From: an uncultured Clostridium sp.
Lineage (GTDB): Bacteria > Bacillota_I > Bacilli_A > RF39 > UBA660
Direction: 5' to 3'
DNA: 54,530 bases
Assembly: GCA_964578175.1 (NCBI GenBank)
Contig: CAZOBH010000006.1
Location: 1-54,530 of the forward strand
Under the pieces are notes generated by a model, which saw only the letters and a program-made list of their open reading frames with translations, made no database searches and was not told the DNA's origin. Of the stretch, positions 1 to 9,826 are shown piece by piece (position 1 is the first letter of the stretch; each line of letters opens with the position of its first letter). The position numbers and the translations under genes were made by a program.

Positions 1-1
1 T

Positions 2-619
2 AGTAATATCACTAACTTCTACTTGGTAACCACCATTATTAGCTATTTCCTTAAATTTACTAGGAATATCTTTTACATAAGTCTTACTATTACCAATAAA
101 AACAACTTTCTTCTTTTCATTTTTATCTAGTGATATATTAGATTTCTTTGCTTTTTTTGATTCTTCTTCATTTTTCTTTCTAGCTTCTTCTCTTTTTTTA
201 GCTACTTCTTCTCGTTCTTTCTTTGCTTTTTCAAGTTCAGCTTTTTCTTTAGCGTCTATAGTGGCTTGTTCTTCTTCTTCTTTATTTTTTAATTCCTTTA
301 TATAACTAGGTGTAGCTTTTTCCATACATGTTTTATATGTTGTTGCGAATCCTATTCCAGCTGATGATAACATATTAAAAAATAATGACACTATTAATGG
401 AACGAAATATACTATACTAATTGCGACGATTCTTCCAGCGATTGTCTTTATTTGTTTCTTTGATTCAGCATCAGGACTTGTAACAATAGTAAATAACGTA
501 TAAGCATTCATTATTATAAAAATACTTGGTACCACAAACAAAATTATTAAAATTACTGTTTTAATAAATAATATTGTTGATAAAAAATTTGAATCTCCAC
601 ATACCGTTGATAAAAACAT
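2..619 (-). CDS. Partial (3' end beyond window) membrane protein: two-TM pilin-like hairpin, K/E coiled coil, start of an SGNH-like domain
   Basis: Not in the ORF track; manual translation MFLSTVCGDSNFLSTILFIKTVILIILFVVPSIFII...RIVAISIVYFVPLIV...KEREEVAKKREEARKK...KKVVFIGNSKTY; GGTAGTGA SD-like sequence upstream on the minus strand; open to the window edge. Confidence 0.8.
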   Translation of the reverse strand, partial: MFLSTVCGDSNFLSTILFIKTVILIILFVVPSIFIIMNAYTLFTIVTSPDAESKKQIKTIAGRIVAISIVYFVPLIVSLFFNMLSSAGIGFATTYKTCMEKATPSYIKELKNKEEEEQATIDAKEKAELEKAKKEREEVAKKREEARKKNEEESKKAKKSNISLDKNEKKKVVFIGNSKTYVKDIPSKFKEIANNGGYQVEVSDIT

Positions 620-762
620 ATTATCACTACCTTTATTTAATTATATAATAAGAAAATATTAAAAAAAATATTATTACATTTTTAAGTGTAAAGTTAATAA
701 GATAATAAATAAATTATGTTATAATGATGTCTATAGAGTTTAAAATACACGAGGAGAGATAT

Positions 763-1425
763 ATGTACGAAGAAATACCAGATATAGATATAAAAGAAGA
801 AAAATTAAAATATGAATTTATAGATTCATCATTAGTAGAAGTAACTGATATAGAATATGAACCATATTATTATAATTTAGGTTTAAAATATTCTAATAAT
901 AAGTGCTTTTTAAGAAAAGAAGTATATGATATGTTAAAAGAAGCAAGAAAATTATTGCCTGATGGATATGATTTTAAAATATTAGATGGGTATAGACCAA
1001 TTGAACTACAAGAAGAATTATATTATTACTACTACAATATTATAGTTAAAGAATTTAAATTGGATAATTTAAGTAAAGAAGAAAAAGATAAATTTATTAA
1101 TCAATATGTAGCTTTACCAAAGAAAAATAATATATATGCACCAGCTCATACAACTGGTGGAGCAGTTGATTTAGTTTTAACATATAAAGGTAAAACAATA
1201 GACTTTGGAGTTAAATTTGATGAGTTTACTGATAAAACTAAAACTAATTACTATGAGATAAATGATATATCAGATGAGATAAAGAATAATAGAAGAATAT
1301 TATATAATGTAATGACTAAAGTAGGTTTTACTAATCTTCCATCTGAGTGTTGGCATTATGATTATGGAAATATGAATTGGGCTTATTTAAAGAAAGAAAA
1401 AATAAAATATAAAGGAATTTTCTAG
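763..1425 (+). CDS. D-alanyl-D-alanine dipeptidase (VanX/DdpX-like, peptidase M15D)
   Basis: Motifs DGYRP, HTTGGAVDL and ECWHYDYG; start moved from 724 to 763 because GAGGAG at 751-756 precedes that ATG. Confidence 0.85.
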   Translation: MYEEIPDIDIKEEKLKYEFIDSSLVEVTDIEYEPYYYNLGLKYSNNKCFLRKEVYDMLKEARKLLPDGYDFKILDGYRPIELQEELYYYYYNIIVKEFKLDNLSKEEKDKFINQYVALPKKNNIYAPAHTTGGAVDLVLTYKGKTIDFGVKFDEFTDKTKTNYYEINDISDEIKNNRRILYNVMTKVGFTNLPSECWHYDYGNMNWAYLKKEKIKYKGIF

Positions 1426-1433
1426 GAGGAAAT

Positions 1434-2228
1434 ATGATAATTAAAGGAGCAAATTTAGAAGATACTGAAGTAGAATTCAGTAATTTAGGTGATATCAACT
1501 ATTTTGATGATAAAAGACAAAATGATTTAGTTAGATATATACAAGATATCTACTATAGTTTAAGTGAACAAGTAGGGGATGTAAGTGAATTCCCAAGAGA
1601 AGGTAATAAAGTAGTAATTAATCCAGGTATGTTAAATCATAGATGTTCAGGGGACTTAGATTCATTAAGAAATATATCTAAATATGGAGTACTTGCTTCT
1701 GAATGGTTTGGAGTATTAGAAAGTGAAATGGAAGGAAGATTCTGTGTATTTATATCTCGTATGAAAGGAGATAATTATCCATATAAAGGAGATCTTGCAG
1801 AAGATGACAGAAGCAGATTAAATATTGGACAAAACATATTATTATTTTTTGATGAAAATAATCCTGTAATGCAACAATTATTACATTTAGATTATTTTGA
1901 ATATGAAAATATAAAAAATAATAATCCAGAATGTTTAAGTAATTATACTGATGAAGAAAGATTATTATTTGACCATTTAATAGAACCATTATCCCCAGCA
2001 GGGACTGATATGAGAAATAATTATAATTCAAAAACTAATTATTGGTCTGCAATACCAGGTGGTATTCCATCAAGATTAGTAAATGGATTATGTATAAAAA
2101 AGAATGATTATAGTGAAGAAGAATTAGAAGAATTAAGTAGTTTATTTCCAAACGCAACAATATTTAATAATAATTTAGAAATAGTACATGAAAGAAAAAA
2201 AGATAAAGAAGAGGGATTAAAAATATAA
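1434..2228 (+). CDS. Hypothetical protein, possible ADP-ribosyltransferase-like fold
   Basis: AGGAGG RBS; 264 aa; LNHRC..SLRNISKYGVLAS, VFIS and GGIPSRLV resemble ART strand motifs (by eye only). Confidence 0.7.
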   Translation: MIIKGANLEDTEVEFSNLGDINYFDDKRQNDLVRYIQDIYYSLSEQVGDVSEFPREGNKVVINPGMLNHRCSGDLDSLRNISKYGVLASEWFGVLESEMEGRFCVFISRMKGDNYPYKGDLAEDDRSRLNIGQNILLFFDENNPVMQQLLHLDYFEYENIKNNNPECLSNYTDEERLLFDHLIEPLSPAGTDMRNNYNSKTNYWSAIPGGIPSRLVNGLCIKKNDYSEEELEELSSLFPNATIFNNNLEIVHERKKDKEEGLKI

Positions 2229-2315
2229 TCTCTTTTTCATTGGGGTTTTACAAAATTGTTTATATTTGTTATAGTTTTAGTAGTGCAATAGTGATTAAAA
2301 CAAGGAGGAATATAT

Positions 2316-5300
2316 ATGAAAGAATCAATATACAAGAAAACAATGGTTTTAATACCTTCAGCTTTTAATAGTAAAGCAATGGGTGATATAGAAAATTTTA
2401 TTATTTTTTATAAAGATATCTTTGATTTATATATTATATGGGATAAAAAGAGTGAAATTATAAATGGAGTAAAATATATATCAAAATTTGATTCAAAAGC
2501 ACAATATTTAATAACAACTGCAGATTACATTATTGATGCCGGTACTATTAATGGAACAACTAAGATTAATAATAACCAAACAAGAATTAGCGTCTGGCAT
2601 GGTACTCCTTATAAAAAAATGTTTGTGGATTTAGATCCTACTAATATAAGCGAAGCTTTAAAATATGATTACGGTGTTGATTTAATGATTTCTCCTTCAA
2701 AATTTTATACAGAAGAGTTTCTAAGAAAATCAATGTTATATGACGGAAAAATTTTAGAAACTGCAATTTCACGAACAGATAGTTTGTATATTACAGATGA
2801 AGAGAAGAGATTGTTAAAAAAATCATTTCATATTGATGAAAATAAGAAAATTTTATTATATGCACCAACATATAGGAATCCTGGAAAAGTAAGACTACAT
2901 TTTGATGCTGGTAAATTAAAAAAATCACTAGAAAAAGATGGTAGTGAATGGGTAATTGTAACAAAACTACATTATCTAAATAAATTAATAAATAAGAGAG
3001 ACGTTATAGATTGTACATCATATCCAAATATAAATAATCTTTTAGCTATATCGGATGTTGTAGTAACAGATTATTCTAGTTTATTTATAGACTATTCTAT
3101 CTTAGATAAACCGGTTATTTTTTATCAATATGATAAAAAAGATTATGATAGTGATAGAGGATTTATGTTCTCGTTAGAAAAATACGTTGATAAAAAGTAT
3201 ATTATAGAAAATGAAAATGAATTATATGAATTAGCATCAAAAATAGAAAAAAAGCCTAATTTAAAAAAAGTAAGAAGTGAGTTTTATCCTTATCAAAAAG
3301 AGAATTCTACAAAAGATTTGGTAAAAAAACTTGACTTAAATGCTGATTCTAGAAAAACAAAAGAGATTATTTTTCTTATAAATGAAGTAAATCAATTAGG
3401 CGGGGTAAATAATTTTGTTATGAATTTTTCTAGGTATTTCAAGAAAAATTATAATTCCAAAATTATAATTGTCGGAATCAAGGAATTTAATAAAAATAAT
3501 AATGAAAATTATATTTTAGATGAAGATAATTTAGTTGATATTAAAGTTTCCTATGAAAATCATCCAAAATTAGTTAAATCCATTTTAGAAAATACAGATG
3601 GTTATATAATAACATGTCAGTTTTCAGCACAAAAAAAATTCCAATCTTTCCTAAAAAATAAAAATGTATTTTTAATGTTCCATGGTAATGGATATGATTT
3701 TGTTAATAGAAATTATTATACGTGGCATTTAGATGCTATAAATAAGAAAAAATTATATAATTACAAGAAATTTTTATTATTAACTGAAGATTATTGTAAT
3801 GCTATTAAAGAAGCGGTTATCCCACAACTAAAAGATAGAATTGGGTATATAGAAAATTCTTATGATTTTAATAATAGAAAAAATTATTATAAGAAATCGA
3901 ATGAATTTGCAGTATTGTCTAGACTTGATGATGACAAGAATATTTTTGATATTATAAAAATATTTTCAAATAAAAATTTAGATGAAAATTTTAAAGTTCA
4001 TGTTTATGGTGATGGAAAATTAAAAGAAAAATTTATTGAGGAAATCAAAAGTAATAAATTAGAAAAAAAGGTAATAGTTCATGGATATGTAGAAGATAAA
4101 AATCAAATGTATAAAGATAAACAAGGACTAATAATGACAACTTTGAGTGAAGGCTTTGGCCTTATAATACTTGAAGCAGCTAGTTATGGAATACCTACTT
4201 ATATTTATGAGTCTGCAGTTGCAGTTAGAGAATTTAAAAAATCTAATGTAATAAATGTAGTTGAAACATCTAATATTGAGGATTATGTAAACAAACTTAA
4301 TAATCCTAAAAAGTTTAGAAAAGAAGATTTTGATAATATCGTATCAATGTTTTCAAATGAGAAGATTTTTGATAGATGGATTGATTTATTTAGTGAAATT
4401 GAAAATGAAAATTGTGTAAACCCTCATTTAAAACAAGTAATTAAAAAAAATATAAAGTCCTTTATTTCAAATATAAAAACAAGCCTAAAAACAAACATTA
4501 AAAAAATATTAAATAAAGACACGAAACAAAAAGATAGAAAGAATAGAATAAAAACATATTTAAAATATATTTATGATAGATATAAATACTATATATTTAA
4601 ACTAAAACGTTTAACAATTAATCGTTATAAAGAACCATTAGTATCTATAATTGTTCCATTTTATAATTGTAATGATACAATAGAAGCTTTGTTAAAATCT
4701 ATAAAAAAATCTGGATATAAAAATTATGAAGTCATAGTTATTAATGATGGTTCATCTGATGATCCAAGAGATATTATAAAAAAATATAAAAAAGTAAGAT
4801 ATTATTATAAGAAAAACGAGGGAGTAGGGTTAGCGAGAAATTATGGATTAGAAAAAATGAAAGGAAAATATTTTTGCTTTTTTGATGCAGATGACACTAT
4901 GTATAAGGGGGCTTTAAATTATTTAGTAGATTATGCAATAAAGAATAATTTACCATTAGTTGCTGGTCAAACTCAAAGAATTATATTGAGTACAAAAAAA
5001 AGATCTTATTGGTTTAGAAAAATTTACAAAAAAAATTATGTTAATAAAATGAGTGATAGAACTTTGCTATTAGATGATTCATTATCAACGAATAAATTAT
5101 ATGAAACTTCGGCTTATAAAAAGAGTGGAATAAAATTTGATTCTGGTTTATATGAAGATAAATTATTTAGTTTTGAATTATATTCATATTATGATAAAAT
5201 CGGAATTATTAATAATATAGTTTATAATTGGTTGGTTTATGGTAATAATTCAAGTATTACAACAATTGCATCATTTGATAATATAAAAGAAAGAATAAAG

Positions 5301-5606
5301 CGAATAGAACAAATATATAATATGTGCGATAATAACTTTAAAAGAGGATATGTAAATTTATTTGTTAAACATGACTTATCAGTATTTATAAATGATTATA
5401 ATAGATATTCTAATAATGATAAGAAAAAAATATTTGACATGTATAGGGAATTTTTTATAAAAACTAAGAAATATATTTATTTCAATAATATTTTAAATGT
5501 TCAAAAAAGGGTTTTATTCCAACTTTTATTAAAAAATGATTTCTCTAGATTTGATTTACTTTCAACATATCTTTCTACTGCATTTCAAAAGAAAAAGTAT
5601 AATTAG
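2316..5606 (+). CDS. Three-domain protein: CDP-glycerol glycerophosphotransferase (TagF-like), GT4-like and GT2 glycosyltransferase
   Basis: WHGTP, YAPTYR and TDYSS (TagF family); SRLDDDKN and EGFGLIILEA (GT-B/GT4); VSIIVPFYN, NDGS and FFDADD (GT2). Confidence 0.85.
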   Translation: MKESIYKKTMVLIPSAFNSKAMGDIENFIIFYKDIFDLYIIWDKKSEIINGVKYISKFDSKAQYLITTADYIIDAGTINGTTKINNNQTRISVWHGTPYKKMFVDLDPTNISEALKYDYGVDLMISPSKFYTEEFLRKSMLYDGKILETAISRTDSLYITDEEKRLLKKSFHIDENKKILLYAPTYRNPGKVRLHFDAGKLKKSLEKDGSEWVIVTKLHYLNKLINKRDVIDCTSYPNINNLLAISDVVVTDYSSLFIDYSILDKPVIFYQYDKKDYDSDRGFMFSLEKYVDKKYIIENENELYELASKIEKKPNLKKVRSEFYPYQKENSTKDLVKKLDLNADSRKTKEIIFLINEVNQLGGVNNFVMNFSRYFKKNYNSKIIIVGIKEFNKNNNENYILDEDNLVDIKVSYENHPKLVKSILENTDGYIITCQFSAQKKFQSFLKNKNVFLMFHGNGYDFVNRNYYTWHLDAINKKKLYNYKKFLLLTEDYCNAIKEAVIPQLKDRIGYIENSYDFNNRKNYYKKSNEFAVLSRLDDDKNIFDIIKIFSNKNLDENFKVHVYGDGKLKEKFIEEIKSNKLEKKVIVHGYVEDKNQMYKDKQGLIMTTLSEGFGLIILEAASYGIPTYIYESAVAVREFKKSNVINVVETSNIEDYVNKLNNPKKFRKEDFDNIVSMFSNEKIFDRWIDLFSEIENENCVNPHLKQVIKKNIKSFISNIKTSLKTNIKKILNKDTKQKDRKNRIKTYLKYIYDRYKYYIFKLKRLTINRYKEPLVSIIVPFYNCNDTIEALLKSIKKSGYKNYEVIVINDGSSDDPRDIIKKYKKVRYYYKKNEGVGLARNYGLEKMKGKYFCFFDADDTMYKGALNYLVDYAIKNNLPLVAGQTQRIILSTKKRSYWFRKIYKKNYVNKMSDRTLLLDDSLSTNKLYETSAYKKSGIKFDSGLYEDKLFSFELYSYYDKIGIINNIVYNWLVYGNNSSITTIASFDNIKERIKRIEQIYNMCDNNFKRGYVNLFVKHDLSVFINDYNRYSNNDKKKIFDMYREFFIKTKKYIYFNNILNVQKRVLFQLLLKNDFSRFDLLSTYLSTAFQKKKYN

Positions 5607-5656
5607 ATTAGTTATATATGAGAAAACATCAAAAATAAACAAAAATAATATAAAGA

Positions 5657-5680
5657 TTGAACTATCAATCTTTTTTATTA
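5657..5680 (+). terminator. Intrinsic terminator (coordinates approximate)
   Basis: AAAGATTGA-ACTA-TCAATCTTT followed by a T-run, after the 5606 stop. Confidence 0.55.
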
Positions 5681-5697
5681 TATAATGTTTATAGGAT

Positions 5698-6831
5698 GTG
5701 AAAGAAATGGTATTTTTATTAACAATATATAAATACATTTTAAAATTTGTTTATTTCTTTTTAAAGTTATTACCAACTAGAAAAAAACAAATATTATTTC
5801 TTAGTAGACAAACTAATGAACCATCACTTGATTTTAAATATTTAATTGATGATATTCATAAAAGATATCCTGATTATAAAGTTATTGTTAAAACCAAAAG
5901 GTTAGAAAAAAATAATCCAATTCAAATAATTAGTTATTTATTTCATCCTTTTGCTCAAATGTATTATTTAGCTACTTCAAGTGTATGTGTTATTGATACT
6001 TTTATTATCCCAGTATCCTGCTTAAAACATAAAAAAAGTCTTAGAATTATTCAAATTTGGCATTCTTTGGCAGCTATTAAAAAGTTTGGATATCAAACAT
6101 TAAATACTGATAAAGATAAAAAAATAGCTAAAGTTATGTGTATGCATAAGAATTATGACGCAATTGTATCTGGATCAGATGAAATGACTAAACACTTTTC
6201 TAAAGCATTTAATTATCCAGAATCTAAATTTATTACTTGTGGTCTTCCTAGAATTGATTATTTGCTAGATACTGAAAAAGATAATAAGAAAAAAGTATAT
6301 AAAGAATATCCAGAACTTAAAAACAAAAAAATAGTTTTATATGTTCCTACTTTTAGAACTTATGATGAATATAAATTTGATGAAATTATAGATACTTATA
6401 AAGATTCTGATTATACTTTAATTATAAAAAAACATGAAAGATCTAAAGTAGATATAGATGAAAAGTATACTTATCCTAAAGTATCATCACTTGAATTATT
6501 GTCAGTTGCTGATTATGTAATAACTGATTATTCCGCAATAGCAGTTGAAGCATCAATTTTAAATAAACCATTATATTTATATATTTATGATTTGGATTTA
6601 TATAATAAATATGAAGGAGTAAATATTGATCTATATAAAGAATTACCTGGATATGTTTTTGATGATATTAAAGATATAAAAAAATCTATGGATAAAAATA
6701 ATTACGATATGAAGAAACTTGATAAATATAGAAAGAAATATGTTACTAATATAGATGGAACTTCAACTAAGAAACTTGTTGATTATATCATTGGAGGAAA
6801 ATATGAGTATAAAGAAAAAAATAAAAAGTAA
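5698..6831 (+). CDS. CDP-glycerol glycerophosphotransferase family protein (TagB/TagF-like)
   Basis: QIWHSLAAIKKFG, GLPRID, YVPTFR and TDYSA motifs; start is either GTG 5698 or ATG 5707. Confidence 0.85.
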   Translation: MKEMVFLLTIYKYILKFVYFFLKLLPTRKKQILFLSRQTNEPSLDFKYLIDDIHKRYPDYKVIVKTKRLEKNNPIQIISYLFHPFAQMYYLATSSVCVIDTFIIPVSCLKHKKSLRIIQIWHSLAAIKKFGYQTLNTDKDKKIAKVMCMHKNYDAIVSGSDEMTKHFSKAFNYPESKFITCGLPRIDYLLDTEKDNKKKVYKEYPELKNKKIVLYVPTFRTYDEYKFDEIIDTYKDSDYTLIIKKHERSKVDIDEKYTYPKVSSLELLSVADYVITDYSAIAVEASILNKPLYLYIYDLDLYNKYEGVNIDLYKELPGYVFDDIKDIKKSMDKNNYDMKKLDKYRKKYVTNIDGTSTKKLVDYIIGGKYEYKEKNKK

Positions 6832-8053
6832 AATAGTAGATATGACTAAGAAAAACGAAACTTTTAGAAAAGTAGTTAGAAAAGGAATATATGAAAAAAA
6901 TAGAGTTAAATATTTAAAATATAAGAATAAACCTATCGATGAAAAAAGAGTTTTATTTGAATCATTTATGGGAAGAAAATATGTAGATAGTCCTAAAGCT
7001 ATATATGAATATATGTTAAATAGTGAAGAGTATAAAGATTATAAATTCGTATGGTTCTTTAAAAATCCTGAAGAACATAAAAATGTTGCTGATAATCCTA
7101 GAACTAAAGTATATAAATATGGATCAGCTGATTATTATAGATTATATGCTACTAGTAAATATTGGATTACTAATAGTAGAGTACCAGATACTATTAGTAA
7201 AAGAAAAGGACAAGTCTATGTACAATGTTGGCATGGAACTCCTCTTAAGAAACTTGGATTTGATATAGAAGTTAAGGGAGGAAATGCAATGAACTCTCTT
7301 AAAGATATTAGATATAAATATGAAGTAGATTCAAAAAAATATACTTATATGGTTTCTCCATCTAGATTTTGTACAGAAAAGTATATATCTGCATTTAACT
7401 TAAAAGCAGTTGGTAAAGAAGACATTGTTATTGAACAAGGATATCCAAGAAATGACTTTTTAATTAATTATACCGAAAAAGATGTTAAAGATATTAAAAA
7501 GAAACTTAAATTACCAAAAGATAAAAAGATAATATTATATGCTCCAACTTGGAGAGATAATCAACATACATCAGGTGTTGGATATACTTATAAAACAGAA
7601 GTGGATTTTGATAAATTAAGAGAAAAACTAGAAGATGAATATATAATATTATTTAGAGCTCATTATTTTGTTGCTAATAGTTTTGATTTTGAAAAATATA
7701 AAGGATTTATCTATAACGTAAGTGATTACGATGATATTAATCATTTATATGTAATTAGTGATATATTAATAACAGATTATTCATCTGTATTCTTTGATTA
7801 TAGTATTTTAAAAAGACCAATATTATTCTATATGTATGATTTAGATGAATATCAACATAATCTTAGAGATTTCTATTTTGGACTTGATGAATTACCTGGA
7901 CCAATTGTTGAAAAAGAAGATGAATTAATTAAAGAAATTGAAAAAACTAAGAAATTTAAGTATGATAATAAATATAAAAAGTTTAATGAAAAGTTTACAT
8001 ATCTTGATGATGGAAAAGCATCTGAAAGGGTCGTTAAGGAAATATTTAAATAG
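6803..8053 (+). CDS. tagF: CDP-glycerol:poly(glycerophosphate) glycerophosphotransferase
   Basis: FESFMGRKYVDSPK, QCWHGTPLK, GYPRND, YAPTWRD, TDYSSVFFD and DDGKAS; GGAGG precedes ATG 6803 (track start 6755 is upstream). Confidence 0.88.
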   Translation: MSIKKKIKSKIVDMTKKNETFRKVVRKGIYEKNRVKYLKYKNKPIDEKRVLFESFMGRKYVDSPKAIYEYMLNSEEYKDYKFVWFFKNPEEHKNVADNPRTKVYKYGSADYYRLYATSKYWITNSRVPDTISKRKGQVYVQCWHGTPLKKLGFDIEVKGGNAMNSLKDIRYKYEVDSKKYTYMVSPSRFCTEKYISAFNLKAVGKEDIVIEQGYPRNDFLINYTEKDVKDIKKKLKLPKDKKIILYAPTWRDNQHTSGVGYTYKTEVDFDKLREKLEDEYIILFRAHYFVANSFDFEKYKGFIYNVSDYDDINHLYVISDILITDYSSVFFDYSILKRPILFYMYDLDEYQHNLRDFYFGLDELPGPIVEKEDELIKEIEKTKKFKYDNKYKKFNEKFTYLDDGKASERVVKEIFK

Positions 8054-8062
8054 GAGGTTTTT

Positions 8063-8566
8063 ATGAAAAGAATATTAACTTATGGAACTTATGATTTATT
8101 ACATTATGGTCATATTAGACTACTTAAAAGAGCTAAAGAAATGGGAGATTATTTAATAGTTGCTATTTCAACTGATGAATTTAATGCTATTAAAGGAAAG
8201 AAAGCGTATCATTCATATGAAACTAGAAAGAAAATGTTAGAAGCAATTAGATATGTTGATCTTGTTATTCCAGAAGAGACTTGGGAACAAAAAAGAGATG
8301 ATGTAATTAATTACAAAGTTGATTGTGTGGTTATGGGAAGTGACTGGGAAGGTAGTGAAAAATTTGAATGTCTAAGAGATTTATGTGATGTTCAATACTT
8401 ACCAAGAACAAAAGGTATATCTACATCTAAAATTAAAAAAGATTTAGGTTTAATGGAACCAAATAATAATCCAAAAGATAATGAATATCCTGAACCAACA
8501 GATGAAAAAGTAGAAACATATACTGGTGGTAGACAAAAAAAGTTAGGGGCTAGAAAAGGAAAGTAA
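8063..8566 (+). CDS. tagD: Glycerol-3-phosphate cytidylyltransferase
   Basis: TYGTYDLLHYGH (HxGH), MGSDW and RTKGISTS; roughly 35-aa C-terminal extension. Confidence 0.93.
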   Translation: MKRILTYGTYDLLHYGHIRLLKRAKEMGDYLIVAISTDEFNAIKGKKAYHSYETRKKMLEAIRYVDLVIPEETWEQKRDDVINYKVDCVVMGSDWEGSEKFECLRDLCDVQYLPRTKGISTSKIKKDLGLMEPNNNPKDNEYPEPTDEKVETYTGGRQKKLGARKGK

Positions 8567-8587
8567 TTTTCCTTTTTAATTTATATA

Positions 8588-9661
8588 ATGCGTAAATATG
8601 GATTAGATTTATTAAAAATTTATTCAATGTTTTTAATTGTTGTACTTCATTTTTGTGCATCAATTATAAGATATAACACTTTAAATCCAGCTAGTTTAAA
8701 ATCAGAAGTATATTATTTAATTTTTACAATTACATATTGTTGTGTTGATTGTTATGTATTAATTACTGGTTATTTTTATAAAAATAATACCGGTAAATTA
8801 AATAAATATTTAAAACTTTGGTTAATGGTATTCTTTTGGTCATCATTGTTAGGTTGTTTTGGATATTTCTCAGGGTATATTAATAAAAAAGAATTGTTTC
8901 AGTATTTCTTACCATTAACATATAATAAGTATTGGTATTTTACTGCTTATACAATTTTATATTTTACCTGTCCATACTTAAATAAGTTAATTGAGTCTTT
9001 AAATAGAAAAGAATTTAAAAGATTATTAATAATTGGATTAATATTCTTGTGTATTATTGATTTACCATTTGAAACATTTAGAATAGATAGAGGACTTCAT
9101 TTTAGTTGGCTTTTCTTTTTATATTTATTTGGTGCATATATTAGAATTTATGAACCTATGAAAAATATAAAGAATATTAATTTAATAAAAATATCTATTT
9201 TTTGTATAGGATCAGCTTTTCTATCTAAATACTTAATTGATTATATAGCTAAATATCAATTAACTATTGCAAATACTATTTTCTTAGATAGAAATAATTC
9301 AATATTTATAGTTATTTATGCTTTATGTATGTTTGAATTATTTAAAAGAATTAGAATAAATAAAAAGATTATAAGTAATATCATACTTACCGTTTCTAAA
9401 ACTACTTTTGGAATATTCTTAATACATTATAATTACGTTATTTTGAGTATGTTCTTAAGAGAAAAACTATGGTATGTATATAAAGAAAGAATTCTATATA
9501 GTTTAGAAGATACATTATTCTTTTGTATATTAATATTTATTATTTGTATGATACTTGAATATATTAGACAAAAACTGTTTAAACTATTTAAGATAGATAA
9601 TTTAGTAGATAAATTTGTAGATAAAATTAAATCTATAAAAGTACTTGTTTTGACAAATTGA
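8588..9661 (+). CDS. Acyltransferase-3 family membrane O-acyltransferase
   Basis: DLLKIYSMFLIVVLH, VDCYVLITGYF, YWYFTAY and TFGIFLIH; multiple TM segments. Confidence 0.85.
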   Translation: MRKYGLDLLKIYSMFLIVVLHFCASIIRYNTLNPASLKSEVYYLIFTITYCCVDCYVLITGYFYKNNTGKLNKYLKLWLMVFFWSSLLGCFGYFSGYINKKELFQYFLPLTYNKYWYFTAYTILYFTCPYLNKLIESLNRKEFKRLLIIGLIFLCIIDLPFETFRIDRGLHFSWLFFLYLFGAYIRIYEPMKNIKNINLIKISIFCIGSAFLSKYLIDYIAKYQLTIANTIFLDRNNSIFIVIYALCMFELFKRIRINKKIISNIILTVSKTTFGIFLIHYNYVILSMFLREKLWYVYKERILYSLEDTLFFCILIFIICMILEYIRQKLFKLFKIDNLVDKFVDKIKSIKVLVLTN

Positions 9662-9678
9662 TATTTTTTTGATATTAT
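9650..9678 (+). promoter_or_regulatory. Sigma-A promoter for the Arg-leader operon
   Basis: TTGACA (9650-9655), 17-nt spacer, TATTAT (9673-9678). Confidence 0.75.
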
Positions 9679-9702
9679 TAGACCACTTGAAAGGAAAAGG
9701 AT

Positions 9703-9762
9703 ATGAGTAATATAGTTAATACAATAGCTAGAAGACGTAGAACTCATACACTTGTGAAATAG
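9703..9762 (+). CDS. Leader peptide 1 (MSNIVNTIARRRRTHTLVK)
   Basis: AAGGAAAAGG upstream; four consecutive Arg codons AGA AGA CGT AGA at 9730-9741. Confidence 0.75.
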   Translation: MSNIVNTIARRRRTHTLVK

Positions 9763-9826
9763 TATTTATACTAGGACACAGGTGATTTAATGGTGCTTGT
9801 GTCTTATAGTTGTTATATAAATAAAT

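Noticed and set aside
763-1425. Vancomycin resistance cluster
   Set aside because: Only a vanX-like gene is present; no ligase, dehydrogenase or two-component regulator.
8450-8566. TagD C-terminal extension as a new domain
   Set aside because: Only about 35 aa, low complexity and probably disordered.
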